The notes: generated by a model from the sequence alone, not told the origin. Positions 31,878 through 42,387 are shown, counted from the stretch's first letter. The stretch is 64,000 nt of DNA from Candidatus Bathyarchaeota archaeon (GCA_963733055.1 CAVTBR010000003.1:320001-384000), one strand, 5' to 3'. Numbers and translations: made by a program.

Positions 31878-33986
31878 TCAACTCGACCTACTATGGCGAA
31901 CAGGTGCGGATGGAATGGGTTTCTGCATCAATGCCCTGTTTATGTAGCATCTTGAGCAGGACACAAGTGGACGCTTTCCTCTCGACTTCACTTGAATCAA
32001 CTGGAACCCACATTCAGGACAACGTTTCTCGAGAAGAGTTAGGGTGCCCAGCTGTGGCAAGGGAAGGGAGAAGGTGCAGTTGGTCTTCCATTTTCCGGAG
32101 CAACCAATGAACCGTTTCTTGGTTCGAGGATTCTTTACAATTTTGAGTGTTGCGCCGCATTTTGGACATGGGACGAAGAGTGTGATTGAGCCTAGCCACA
32201 TCTCTCGGATTATTGATGTAAGTTCATTTCCGAGGTCACCTTCCCGTCCTTTCAGCTCCTCCATTATTGGTTTAAGATAATCAACGGCATCAAGGACAAC
32301 ATTCTCCCGACTCTCTTTCCCCTCTTCAATCTGTTCCATCTTTGTCTCCAATTCCCGTGTAAAGGCAACATCGACTACCCTGTTACAGTACTTCGTTAGA
32401 ATCTCAGTTATCTGAAAGGCAAGTGGAGTTGCCACCATTCTTTGATCTTTCAAGTATCCCCGTCGGTACAGAGTCTCGATTATCTCAGCCCTAGTGGCTT
32501 TCGTCCCGATCCCGGACTCTTCCATTGATCTGAGAAGGCTGCTTGGGTTGTAGCGCGGTGGGGGCTGAGTGTATTTATCCTCGATATTGATTTCAATAAT
32601 CTTTACCGAATCCCCCTCTTTCAGTTTTGGCATATTCAGTTCCTCGATTTTGGAGTAGGGTCCGTAGAGCGGAATCCATCCCCTCTGGAGTATTCGAGAT
32701 CCACGCATCAGGAAGATTCTTTGGCCGACTTTGAGCGTGGCCTTGTCACTTTGTTTTGTTGCAACATCTCCAAAGGTTGCCAGGAATCGCCGCACGATTA
32801 GATCGAAGAGTTTCTGCTCTTGCGGCAGGAGGTTCCGTTTCGGAACCGTTCCAGTGGGGTATACCGCGGGGTGGGCGGGGTCTTCTTTCTTGCCTTCGTG
32901 CGGAACAAGCCGTCCGCCTCGCACGCCTCGGACGCTCGACTCATACTTCTGAATCTGGCCAAGGCCTTTCAGGATCTCGTCGAATCCGATAGAAGGTGGG
33001 AGTTTCTGACTTGACGTCCTGGGGTACGAGATTAATTGATCTAGGTAGAGGCGTTCTGATATGCTGAGAGCCAATCTCGGTGTGTACCCGAAGTGTCTGT
33101 ATGCTTCCGACTGAAGTGTTGAAAGGTCCAATGGTGTTGGAGGGGAGAGTTCGTATGTGGAGGATTCGAGTCTTTCAACGACGCCGATTCCCCCTGAACA
33201 TTCTTTGATTACACCTTCGGCCTCTTTCTTCACCTCAACCCGTTCAGTCTCATATGCCGCTTCAACGACTTGCCCGTTCACATCCACCTTAGTCCTTAGC
33301 GTCCAGAAGGGAGTTGGCACAAACGTTTGGATTTCTTTCTCCCTCTCGACGACAAAACGTAAAGTCGGTCCCTGCACTCGCCCCGTGCTAAGGGTAAGGT
33401 AACGGTTGCTCGCCTTGAACGCTGATTGGGTTAGAGCACGAGACATGTTGATGCCAAATAACCAGTCAATTTCGTGACGGCACATACCAGCGAAAGCAAG
33501 CGAAAAATCCAAGGTAGGAAGTGCCTTCGCATATGACTCCCGCAGTTCTTTTTCCGTTAGCGTTGAGAATTTCATCCGTCGGGCTATCTTCTCTGCCCCA
33601 TTGCACGCATACTTCAAAACAGTATAACCAATCAGCGACCCTTCAACATCATAATCGCATGCATTCACGAAGTGGTCCGCTTGCTTCGAAACCTGCGTTA
33701 TAGCCCGTATCCACTTCTCCTGCCTCTGCTGTCCACGTTCCGCCAAATGCTTTGGCATCCAAGAATAATCCCATACTGGGTATTGGGATCTCGCGCCACC
33801 ACCTTTCTCCGCAACCGCATATAGGTGACCAAGCGCAGAGCAGACTAGAATACGCTCCCCATTGTTCACTTCGAAAAATGGGACGCCGTTAACGCTGATT
33901 CTTTTCCCTCGGTCCCTCCCGCTTAGTGCTTCGGCGACGTGCAGCGCGGCATCGGGTTTCTCGGTGACGATAAGTGTAGTTTTCAA
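31878..33986 (-). CDS. topA: Type IA DNA topoisomerase with C-terminal zinc fingers
   Basis: TEKP, ACDYDVEG, STGRVQGPTL, ISYPRT, AHPAVYPT, GIGTKATR. Confidence 0.96.
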   Translation of the reverse strand: MKTTLIVTEKPDAALHVAEALSGRDRGKRISVNGVPFFEVNNGERILVCSALGHLYAVAEKGGGARSQYPVWDYSWMPKHLAERGQQRQEKWIRAITQVSKQADHFVNACDYDVEGSLIGYTVLKYACNGAEKIARRMKFSTLTEKELRESYAKALPTLDFSLAFAGMCRHEIDWLFGINMSRALTQSAFKASNRYLTLSTGRVQGPTLRFVVEREKEIQTFVPTPFWTLRTKVDVNGQVVEAAYETERVEVKKEAEGVIKECSGGIGVVERLESSTYELSPPTPLDLSTLQSEAYRHFGYTPRLALSISERLYLDQLISYPRTSSQKLPPSIGFDEILKGLGQIQKYESSVRGVRGGRLVPHEGKKEDPAHPAVYPTGTVPKRNLLPQEQKLFDLIVRRFLATFGDVATKQSDKATLKVGQRIFLMRGSRILQRGWIPLYGPYSKIEELNMPKLKEGDSVKIIEINIEDKYTQPPPRYNPSSLLRSMEESGIGTKATRAEIIETLYRRGYLKDQRMVATPLAFQITEILTKYCNRVVDVAFTRELETKMEQIEEGKESRENVVLDAVDYLKPIMEELKGREGDLGNELTSIIREMWLGSITLFVPCPKCGATLKIVKNPRTKKRFIGCSGKWKTNCTFSLPLPQLGTLTLLEKRCPECGFQLIQVKSRGKRPLVSCSRCYINRALMQKPIPSAPVRHSRSS

Positions 33987-34220
33987 TTATCGACGCACCG
34001 CGTTGCCCTGCTTGCGCATTATCAGCCTCTTGACGGCATCCCCAGTTTCGTCGAGGCTTAGTAGCTTCGAGAAGTACTCGTCTTGGGAGAGACTCTCACC
34101 AAACGCCTTAAGCCATTTGGCGTATTGACCCTGTAGGTTTCTTAACGCGGCTTCATGGAGGTTGCAATATTCCGAGGATGCTTCCCGAGGTTTTTCGCAG
34201 AGGGAACACTGGTCGACCAT
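33987..34220 (-). CDS. Small putative Zn-binding protein directly abutting topA
   Basis: CSLC...CNLH; no gap to the topA start. Confidence 0.7.
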   Translation of the reverse strand: MVDQCSLCEKPREASSEYCNLHEAALRNLQGQYAKWLKAFGESLSQDEYFSKLLSLDETGDAVKRLIMRKQGNAVRR

Positions 34221-34296
34221 TGAGTCAACCGTCAGCTACCATCTTCGGAAGAGCAGAGTAGGTATGCGGAGGGCGGTGCGACGAAATTGAACCCGT

Positions 34297-34848
34297 TCAT
34301 TTGGGTTTTCTCAAGCGCCTCATTGGCCTTGCAAACACCCAAGCGGAACCGATCATCGCCCCACATGCCAGAATTTGAGTGATGGAGTATTGCCACAACG
34401 GATCGAGCGATAACACCCGAGCCTCAACGCCCAGCAGCCAGTTTCCAAAGCCTTGGAACTGTCCGGCAGTCCGACTCACGCCGCTTAACCCGTTCCAGAA
34501 CCAGTTTGATCCTAGAAGGAATGGGAGGTATAGAATGCAGACAAAAACCGTGAGAGACATGACGATGACTCTGATCAAACGCATCCGTGCCAATGTGTCG
34601 ACCTCAGGGCCCGCCCATCGGGGAAATATTCGTGTGAACGTCTCGTACCAAGCGACCAACGACGCTAGTAGTATCCCTAGGACAGGCAACCATTCCAGTT
34701 GGATAGCGATCCCGCCGATCATGAGTTCATTTGTCACGGAACTAAGTCCATGGGAGGTCATGTAGAACACGAAGAGCAAATCGAGTAACAGGACGATGAC
34801 TGTCACGCCAAGAACCGAAGAAATCTTGCTTGAGCGATTCGAGGCCAA
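34297..34848 (-). CDS. Hypothetical multi-TM membrane protein
   Basis: Four hydrophobic segments, basic C-terminal tail. Confidence 0.7.
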   Translation of the reverse strand: MASNRSSKISSVLGVTVIVLLLDLLFVFYMTSHGLSSVTNELMIGGIAIQLEWLPVLGILLASLVAWYETFTRIFPRWAGPEVDTLARMRLIRVIVMSLTVFVCILYLPFLLGSNWFWNGLSGVSRTAGQFQGFGNWLLGVEARVLSLDPLWQYSITQILACGAMIGSAWVFARPMRRLRKPK

Positions 34849-34947
34849 TCTCTAAACTTCCTATATCACTTGCGTCCAGACGAATTCGTAACCCTACGCA
34901 CAGGGGCTATAAAGAATATCTGCCCCAACGTCACAAAGGAATCAGCT

Positions 34948-36573
34948 TTGTCAAACCAGAGAACGGAAATCATAGGCCGAGGCACTTGGCTCGATATGGT
35001 CGCCCGCCGGGTGATCGAACGCGAAGAGAAGCTCGGTAGAAAGGCGAGTGTACTTCGGACCGAGAGCGGACTGGGAGCCTCTGGGATCCCCCATATTGGT
35101 AGCTTAGGGGATGCCATCAGAGCCTATGGAGTAAAGATTGCGCTCGAAACTCAAGGCCGAGACGCCGAATTCATCGCGTACTCAGACGATCTCGACGGCT
35201 TACGAAAGGTCCCGACTGGAATGCCAGAGTCTCTCAAGAATTTTCTAGGCCAACCAGTTTCTGCTATTCCCGACCCATACAACTGCCACGAAAGTTATGC
35301 AGTTCACATCAACTCCCTCCTCAGAGACGCGATGGACAGATGCGGAGTCGAATATATTTTCCACTCGGCGACTGAGGACTATAGAAAGGGAATCCTACTC
35401 GACCAGGTGCGCAAAATACTCGCGTCCGCGGAAAAGGTTGGAGAGATAGTAAAGGAAGAGGTGGGGCAGGAAAAGTTTACGGCGGTACTACCCTACTTTC
35501 CGATCTGCGGTTCGTGTGGACGAATATATACAACAAAATCAACTTCCTTCGACGAGAAATCTGACAGAGTACTCTACTCATGCGAAGGCAAAGCCGAAGT
35601 CAGAGGTCAACAACTGACGGGTTGCGGCTACAGAGGAGAAGCTGACATTAAGGATGGAAGGGGCAAACTACCTTGGAAAGGCGAGTTCGCCGCACGCTGG
35701 ACCGCCCTCCACATTAATTTTGAAGCTTACGGAAAGGACATAGCTGACTCGGTTCGCATCAACGACAGAATCTGCGAGCAGATACTCAACTATCCCCCAC
35801 CATACCACGTGCGTTACGAAATGTTCCTCGACAAGGGCGGAAAGAAAATATCCAAATCCAAATCAGCCCTCGACGTACTGACACCACAGACATGGTTCAA
35901 ATACGCCCCACCCAGCTCTCTCAACCTTCTGATGTTCAAACGAATCACGGGCGCCAGAAATGTTGGCACCGAAGATATCCCAACGTTTGCTAACGAACTA
36001 TACCGTCTGGAAGAAATCTACTTTGGGTTACGCAAGATTGCGGATGAGAAGGAAGGCGCCAAATTGAGGGGATTGTACGAATATGCATATTTGCTCAAAC
36101 CCCCACCAGCTGCAACGGCTCACGTCCCATACAATTTACTCGTTTACCTTGTGACGGTTGCCCCAGCCGAGAATAAAATGGACTACGTCGAGACGAAGCT
36201 TCGCGAATACGGTTACCTCAAGGATGGACTGACTCCCTCGATCCACCAGCAGCTGGATTATGCGACGAATTGGGCGAAGGATTTTCAGGAGATCCCGGAA
36301 ACAGAGATCGAAATCAAGAATACAGAGAGACTCGCGATAGAGGACTTGATCGCGATTGTGCGCAATGAAACCGACGAGAGAATTCTACAAAACAGCATCT
36401 TCAACTTGGCGAAGAAGTATGCCATCGAGCCTTCGACATTCTTCAAGCTCCTCTACACAATCCTGTTAGGATCACCTCGCGGACCTAGGTTGGGACCGTA
36501 CATCAAAGCCATGGGCAGCGAAAACGTAGCTCGTGCGCTTGGTCGAGCAATCGGAACAGCGGTACCTTCCTAA
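34948..36573 (+). CDS. lysS: Lysine--tRNA ligase, class I
   Basis: GASGIPHIGS, DDLDGLRKVP, FEAYGKD, KISKSK, GPRLG; probable TTG start at 34948. Confidence 0.96.
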   Translation: MSNQRTEIIGRGTWLDMVARRVIEREEKLGRKASVLRTESGLGASGIPHIGSLGDAIRAYGVKIALETQGRDAEFIAYSDDLDGLRKVPTGMPESLKNFLGQPVSAIPDPYNCHESYAVHINSLLRDAMDRCGVEYIFHSATEDYRKGILLDQVRKILASAEKVGEIVKEEVGQEKFTAVLPYFPICGSCGRIYTTKSTSFDEKSDRVLYSCEGKAEVRGQQLTGCGYRGEADIKDGRGKLPWKGEFAARWTALHINFEAYGKDIADSVRINDRICEQILNYPPPYHVRYEMFLDKGGKKISKSKSALDVLTPQTWFKYAPPSSLNLLMFKRITGARNVGTEDIPTFANELYRLEEIYFGLRKIADEKEGAKLRGLYEYAYLLKPPPAATAHVPYNLLVYLVTVAPAENKMDYVETKLREYGYLKDGLTPSIHQQLDYATNWAKDFQEIPETEIEIKNTERLAIEDLIAIVRNETDERILQNSIFNLAKKYAIEPSTFFKLLYTILLGSPRGPRLGPYIKAMGSENVARALGRAIGTAVPS

Positions 36574-36924
36574 GACCGAGCGTGCCGCCGCAACAGAATT
36601 TTCCCGCGTAATTTTCCACGATATATAAAGAACACTGGGTGGACAACTTTCGACCGAGGAACCTAGGCCATTTCATCTACAAACCATATTTCCGGGGCGC
36701 TCTTTAGCCCCCCCTAAACGCATTTCATACGAGAACTGACTCCACTACGACTAATCCGCAGTCACCGATCACGATGTTTCGAAAGATGACGCTCTCTTCT
36801 CCTTCAAGCGCGAACACCTTGGATGATCGTTCATGACCTTTGAAAGGAGGTTAATTTATCCGACAGTCGTTACTGGTTTAGTGCCCGCCCTCAATGCGAG
36901 CAATTTGGGGAAACAAGGGCAAAC

Positions 36925-37026
36925 GGGCCCGTAGTCTAGTCTGGATTAGGACGGTGAGGGAGCTTCAACTCTCACGTAGGCCTGCGGAGCCGCAAATCCT
37001 GGGTTCAAATCCCAGCGGGCCCGCCA
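36925..37026 (+). tRNA. tRNA-Arg(GCG) with a 23-nt intron at non-canonical position 29/30 (36957-36979) and encoded CCA
   Basis: Acceptor GGGCCCG/CGGGCCC; T-arm CTGGG-TTCAAAT-CCCAG; spliced anticodon arm GTGGC-CT GCG GA-GCCGC. Confidence 0.9.
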
Positions 37027-37138
37027 CTCATCCCTCGAACTCTGTTCTATGGAGCTCATCACGAATGCAGATAAGCAAATAAAAATGGAAAACCAATGGG
37101 GTACCTTGCTGATCGAGAGTTTTCTTGAGGTGTCTGTG

Positions 37139-37393
37139 CTACTCCGCCGGTATGGTCTGCTGGCGACTCTCGTAAGTCTCAGCTGATGCCTGGTCCAGGT
37201 CTCTCAGGGCTGAAGCGGCTTGCGCCTTGATGTCCGAGCTGTTCATGCCTTCTTCGATTCCTTCTTCAACGGTATCGGCTACTTTGGACGCGTTGTTTTC
37301 GGAAGCTCCCGCTTTGAGTAGCGAAGTCTTCAGTTTCTCCTTGTCAAACTCTTCGACACTCCCGTCAATTTTTGTTATCATTACCATATGCAT
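37139..37393 (-). CDS. Stand-alone ATP-cone domain protein
   Basis: ITKIDGSVEEFDKEKLKTSLLKAG...SSDI...L...A..Y; GGAGGTG ribosome-binding site. Confidence 0.85.
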   Translation of the reverse strand: MHMVMITKIDGSVEEFDKEKLKTSLLKAGASENNASKVADTVEEGIEEGMNSSDIKAQAASALRDLDQASAETYESRQQTIPAE

Positions 37394-37632
37394 TTCACCT
37401 CCGATCCGCGAAATTCCGGCGCAGAAGGACCGACTCTCGATACGATATTGTTTAGTGAAAAAAGTGGATCCGAATTCAAAAGGTAAGAAACAGATTCAAC
37501 GGTAAGATCAGAATGGAAAACACTGACCACCTTATTCCATGATGAACTTTGCCGATATTCCCTTGATCCATTGGTTCTACACTTTCCACCCGCCCTTAAG
37601 GGAAAGCGACGCGCTGTAGAGGGTGTTGCGAA

Positions 37633-38289
37633 ATGTCTGCCCCAAAAGTTCCCAGACTGATTCTTCTGTCCTTTCTTGTGTTGTTGGCCGTTTCGGTTTC
37701 ATCAATTTCAAGCAGCTCAGAAGCGTATAACCAGTCATGTCAGGTTAACAACTTCACCCCTACATTTCCAAACAGTGTCGCGCCGGGGCAAACGGTACAG
37801 GTTACAACAACGATTGTCGTTAACTGCGCGCAATGGAGAACTTACTATTCAGCGAGAGTGGACCTTCTGGACCATCACTCGCAGCGCATTTTCTCTACTA
37901 GCACATTCCAGATAGGCTGGAAACCCAATGTCACGGCGATCGTTTCGAACGCGGCCGTCGCCCCACAAAGCGGCGGCCCGTGGGCTCTGCAACTTAACCT
38001 TTACATCTTTGAAGAAGCAGGCGAGGTCGGCAGTTTCAACCGTGTCTTCGACGTTCAGGTTGGAAACGCTGTAGCCAATACCCCACCGACAAACTCGACG
38101 AGTTCCACCGCACTCGCAACGACCGCCACCGCCGCAGCAAGCCAAACATCGTCACCATTGGAAAATATCCCAGCAAGCACGGGTACATCGCCTGGTGTCG
38201 GAGAAACAGTTTACATTCTCATCGCATTGGCGGTCGCCGGCGTTCTCTGTGCTGCACTCATTTTTAGAAACCGAAAGCATACCACTTGA
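37633..38289 (+). CDS. Secreted Ig-like membrane-anchored protein (paralog of 54372-54905)
   Basis: Signal peptide, PGQ...TT...C...RVDL.D motif, S/T linker, C-terminal TM and basic tail. Confidence 0.75.
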   Translation: MSAPKVPRLILLSFLVLLAVSVSSISSSSEAYNQSCQVNNFTPTFPNSVAPGQTVQVTTTIVVNCAQWRTYYSARVDLLDHHSQRIFSTSTFQIGWKPNVTAIVSNAAVAPQSGGPWALQLNLYIFEEAGEVGSFNRVFDVQVGNAVANTPPTNSTSSTALATTATAAASQTSSPLENIPASTGTSPGVGETVYILIALAVAGVLCAALIFRNRKHTT

Positions 38290-38655
38290 ACGGGCACAAC
38301 CGCCTTACGCTTTGCAGCGACGACTGCATGACATATGCGGATTTTGGTTGCTCTTAATTTTAACCTACCATTCCGAGTGTGTTGGCGAGTAATACTTTCG
38401 ACATGTTGAAAATCATACGATTACTTTTAGTCACTCACAACGGCATGCCTAGTTGTGACCGTGCATGAACACATTCGACGGCCTTGAGGAAATCATTTCC
38501 CTCGGGGAATACCAAAAGGAGCTGTCGAAACTTCAGAAGCTAGTTAGGATCTTTCAGTAAGATTAGCAAACAGCTCCGCTGGGGAATCGTGCGCTGAACG
38601 ATAGGTTAGAGGATAAATTCTAGAAAAAGATTCGGGCGCCGGGAAAAAGCGGCGA

Positions 38656-38823
38656 TTAGGTGCGCATGTAGTTTTGGCCTGGCTTCCGTCCCAATTCGAA
38701 GCGTTTCTCAGAATTCCTTCTCACCCTTATTTTGGGGATAGGGGAATGCCGTTCACGCCCTTGGACCTTCGGGGTCTGGGATCGGACTTTGCCTGCCTTA
38801 GTTAACGAACCGTGAGTTGGTAT
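38656..38823 (-). CDS. rps30e: 30S ribosomal protein S30e (55 aa; absent from ORF track; apparent ATA start)
   Basis: Manual translation (M)PTHGSLTKAGKVRSQTPKVQGRERHSPIPKIRVRRNSEKRFELGRKPGQNYMRT*; GGAGGTG ribosome-binding site upstream. Confidence 0.95.
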   Translation of the reverse strand: MPTHGSLTKAGKVRSQTPKVQGRERHSPIPKIRVRRNSEKRFELGRKPGQNYMRT

Positions 38824-39022
38824 CTCTCACACCTCCAATTATGAAGAGCGAAAGGACGCTCCACCGTAATTAGTCTTTATACCCTATGAGATTCTCCCGA
38901 AATTCCATAATCGGACTGCGAGAAAGTTTTTCGGGTCATTTACTGTCATTTTGTTGCACCTTCTTGCGACCATTGAGAGAAATCTTATATCGAATTTCGA
39001 TAGGTGCGCGGGTTTGATTACT

Positions 39023-39160
39023 ATGAGCCGCTGTTCCTCATTCTTATGCACCAGCCCGGCGAACTGGACATGTTCCGAATGCGGCCGACCTTACTGCTTC
39101 TTCCACACCACAACCCACGGGCATGAAGTCACCGAACGAGTCCTCACCGTCAGTGCGTAG
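39023..39160 (+). CDS. Tiny AN1-like zinc-finger protein
   Basis: CSSFLC...CSECGRPYCFFH...H spacing. Confidence 0.55.
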   Translation: MSRCSSFLCTSPANWTCSECGRPYCFFHTTTHGHEVTERVLTVSA

Positions 39161-39213
39161 GCAATCTTAGCGCGATCAACCGGTATATGAGTCCGACGTT
39201 CTTCTCCTTGACG

Positions 39214-40686
39214 TTAGGCCACGGCTAAGGCATCTTCGAAGAAATAGCGTGTCGCACCGAGGGTTTGCATTTCTAGCGGACGCACGTTCACGACCAGCGG
39301 AAAGTTAGCCACAACGTCGCCTATGGCGAGACAGCGGTGCGGAGGTAGATCGCGCACAACCATGCGTATCGTGTCCGCGTCGACTTTGGCTACTTTTGAA
39401 ACGATTTCGAGATCGTGTTCGTTGCTGAAGTTGAAAAGGAATACATTGTCTGCTTGGCGATAGATACTGCTTTGAATTGTATCTGGCTGGTTTGTTACGA
39501 AAGTCGTGAATAGGCCCAGGTGCCGCATTCGAGTAACCACATCATCCCAGTAAGTCTCTCGCAGGTAGAGGTGGGCTTCTTCGGCGAACAGGAAGAGTGC
39601 TCGGAGTTTCTGTGTGGATAGGAGTTCGGTGAACTTGCTGATGAGCAATTCCACGACGATTCGTCGAAGAGCTGAGTATTGGTTCTTCATATTCACGATC
39701 AACGCGCAACCGGTGGAGTGGTTTCTGAAAAGTTCTTCCAGGTTTAGGGCTGTGCGATTGTCGTCGGTGAATATGCCTGAATCGTCCAAAGTGTTGAACC
39801 GGGCTTGCAACGCGTCTTTGATGCTTTCGTGGCAGTCGGCGTTGGCGATCGCGGCGCCAAGCGCCGTCATTGTAAGCTGATTCTGCCGTTCGAGATCGCG
39901 CCATATGCGGCTGAATATGCGTGCAGAGTTCTCGGGTAGTGCGAGCGCGTAAATCAACGTCCCAAGAAGGGTACTAAGCCCAACTTCCCTCAGGCTGAAC
40001 CTCAGGTTTAGACCTGGGATAAGGGAGATTATCTTTGGTGATAGGTGCATCTGGCGCCCGTCCGTAGCGCGGCCCAAGTTCACGTATTCCCCGTTCACAT
40101 CCAGAACCACGACCGGCGCGCCTTCATGGACAAGGCTCGTCACCAAAAGCTTCGTGAGGTGAGACTTGCCTGTTCCTTTCCTACCCGTCACTATGTTAAG
40201 CCGACCGTCGAGGGCCGCCAGGTCTGAGTTGATGTGTGGAAAGCGGTGCGTGGACCCAAGTTCGAACGCGTGCCTTGACGATAGGTTCTCCAGGAATATT
40301 TTCGCTGGCATCGCCTCTACATGGGAGTGGTTTCTGGACGGCAACCAAGCGACATCTCGGCTGATGCGTCCGTTCTCAATAGCTCCCCTAATTTTCCCAA
40401 CGAGTAATCGCGTATCTTTCAAGACCCTGATTTGTGATGATACTTTGAAAGGGTCGACCTCATCGCCCGAGAGTGAGCCTTCGGATATGCCGTCCCGGAG
40501 TAAGTCCTCTAGAATGCCGGGTATGTTTGCGTACTGAATATCGATCACCTGCACGATCAGGGAACGTTGCTTGACTCTGTCGGTCACGAGTAAGTAGTCC
40601 CCTTTGTCCACTTCCTCATCCGGAAAGCACAAGAGTTGCATGTCGTCGGCTTCCTTTCTGAGGATCTTCAATGAAGAGCCTCCCAC
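39214..40686 (-). CDS. herA: HerA-family ATPase/helicase (DUF87)
   Basis: N-terminal HAS-barrel-like region, Walker A GRKGTGKS, LDVNGEY, Walker B FAEEAH, RMRHLG, TNQP. Confidence 0.88.
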   Translation of the reverse strand: MGGSSLKILRKEADDMQLLCFPDEEVDKGDYLLVTDRVKQRSLIVQVIDIQYANIPGILEDLLRDGISEGSLSGDEVDPFKVSSQIRVLKDTRLLVGKIRGAIENGRISRDVAWLPSRNHSHVEAMPAKIFLENLSSRHAFELGSTHRFPHINSDLAALDGRLNIVTGRKGTGKSHLTKLLVTSLVHEGAPVVVLDVNGEYVNLGRATDGRQMHLSPKIISLIPGLNLRFSLREVGLSTLLGTLIYALALPENSARIFSRIWRDLERQNQLTMTALGAAIANADCHESIKDALQARFNTLDDSGIFTDDNRTALNLEELFRNHSTGCALIVNMKNQYSALRRIVVELLISKFTELLSTQKLRALFLFAEEAHLYLRETYWDDVVTRMRHLGLFTTFVTNQPDTIQSSIYRQADNVFLFNFSNEHDLEIVSKVAKVDADTIRMVVRDLPPHRCLAIGDVVANFPLVVNVRPLEMQTLGATRYFFEDALAVA

Positions 40687-41776
40687 GCCGTCCCAAAGGG
40701 ACCGAATAACGAATGTCTCAGGGCGAGTTTAGGCATCATTTGAACCCCGAATTCGGCTTGAGCGAACACCTGCATGGCGAGGACGTCCATCGCAGTGAAA
40801 GTCGAGAGCACGTGCGCCATTCTGAGGGTTTCAGGGTAGCCTTGATCAACAATGTCTGTGCCAGCAAGCTGAGCGAACTCACTCACGGCGGCATCGGCGG
40901 AAATTTGTCTATCGATGTCGATTCGGAACGGGAACCCGAACCTCGCAAGTTTCGCAACGAAAACGCAGACCCAAGAACTGTACCGGATACGGCGGAAACT
41001 GCTCCGTAACCTCCGTGTCGACGTCTAGCAAGCATGGATCTGATTCATTTTCGAGCAGCCCAGTCAGACCTTCATTTCTTATTCGCAGTTTAGTTTTTTT
41101 CGATATGGCGATGAGCGCGCTACCTGAACGGCGCAGCGTTCTCCAAGATACGTTCGAGTTCTCTAGAAGGGTTGTCTGGAGTTCCAGCCGTGAGCGAGCC
41201 ATCGATTAGCAGGAAAGCGTTTCCAACGGAGGAACTCACATTATACTGCAGCCAGCGTTCAAGCATGTTACGAACTCGTTTCAGCAATCCCTCGACATTT
41301 GGCTCACCAGAAAATGGCGGTAGACCCAGACTCGCGAACCTTTGCGACACAAGCGGGCTATTGTAGCCGAGCGAAAACACAAATGGTCCATACCTCACAT
41401 AGCGATACCGCTTGTCTTCAAGAACAACCACGGCTCCCCGAAGTGCGCAGAGCACCCCATCTGCTAGCTCGCCAAGCTTGATGGATGACGTGTCAACTGC
41501 GATCACTGGCCGGTCTGTGTTGACTGGGTGAAGTTTGGCGACGTGCTCATCATTAGCATCGAGATCCAACGTGAAACCGTCCGCGCCGTCGTATTGTGTG
41601 CTCCCGAAGTCGGGTGGGACATCAGGTACCGTGTAGAGCGGGTTTCCTCTGATCGCTTCTATTGAATCGCGGCAGAAGTCTAGGAAATGCTTTGGGATTA
41701 CGCTAGAGTCTTCCGGGGAGAGAAAGTTACTTATCTTCTGTTGCGTAGCTGTGGTTTGGTGGGTGTGGCGGCTCAT
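40668..41776 (-). CDS. nurA: NurA-family nuclease (two apparent +1 frameshifts at ~41134 and ~40967)
   Basis: AVDTSS, LIDGSL, IAISKKT, FRIDI, GYPETLRMAH.LS across three ORFs; overlaps the herA start. Confidence 0.85.
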
Positions 41777-41867
41777 TTCACTCCAGCCCCCGTATGCGGG
41801 TCGATTCCCCAAATCCCCCGCTGCCGCCGCACCCTCTCTCTATGTGCGGCCATCAACCTTCACATTC

Positions 41868-42383
41868 CTAGAGCCTAGGCGTTACCTCCCCACGTAGTTC
41901 CACCAAGGAGTGCTCAAGTTCCATGAGCCCCTTGGAGGTGATTCGATACCTACCTCGATCAGCGCGATCAATTTGGCCGGATCTCTGAAGCTGGACGAGT
42001 ACGTTTCTAATCGTCTTCGGAGCCCTGCCTATTCCAGTCGAAATCTCTTCAATGTTCAGTGAGTCTGACCCGCGCTTGCCCATCTTGCCGGCCAATTGGG
42101 CCATGAAGAGGAGGACCGTGATCGCTTTTTCAGCTGGTAGGTTAATTCTAGTTAGAAGCAGTTGTCCGGTAGATGTCATTCTTGCGAAATCGGTCACCTT
42201 GTCGGCGAGTCCAGCAAGATCGGGCACGTAGACAAGTTTCTTCGCAATATCGTATGCGGGAACGGCTTGAATGAGGAACTGCATAACTTGTGGCACGATT
42301 TCTTCGACCGACCCGCTGCCTTCATAGTGCATGCCCTCTGTGTCTATCTGCACTTTTACTTGCAAGGTTTCAGTTTGCGCCAT
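41868..42383 (-). CDS. N-terminal beta-hairpin/helix plus C-terminal winged-helix protein (paralog A)
   Basis: EEISTGIGRAPKTIRNVLVQLQRSGQIDRADRGRYRITSKG. Confidence 0.75.
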   Translation of the reverse strand: MAQTETLQVKVQIDTEGMHYEGSGSVEEIVPQVMQFLIQAVPAYDIAKKLVYVPDLAGLADKVTDFARMTSTGQLLLTRINLPAEKAITVLLFMAQLAGKMGKRGSDSLNIEEISTGIGRAPKTIRNVLVQLQRSGQIDRADRGRYRITSKGLMELEHSLVELRGEVTPRL

Positions 42384-42387
42384 CTTC

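Noticed and set aside
24437-33986. Inteins in polB1 or topA
   Set aside because: Protein lengths are normal and no intein splice or LAGLIDADG motifs were seen.
36610-36860. TATA-like ATATATAAAG after lysS with no gene downstream
   Set aside because: No convincing ORF or RNA structure could be supported from the sequence alone.
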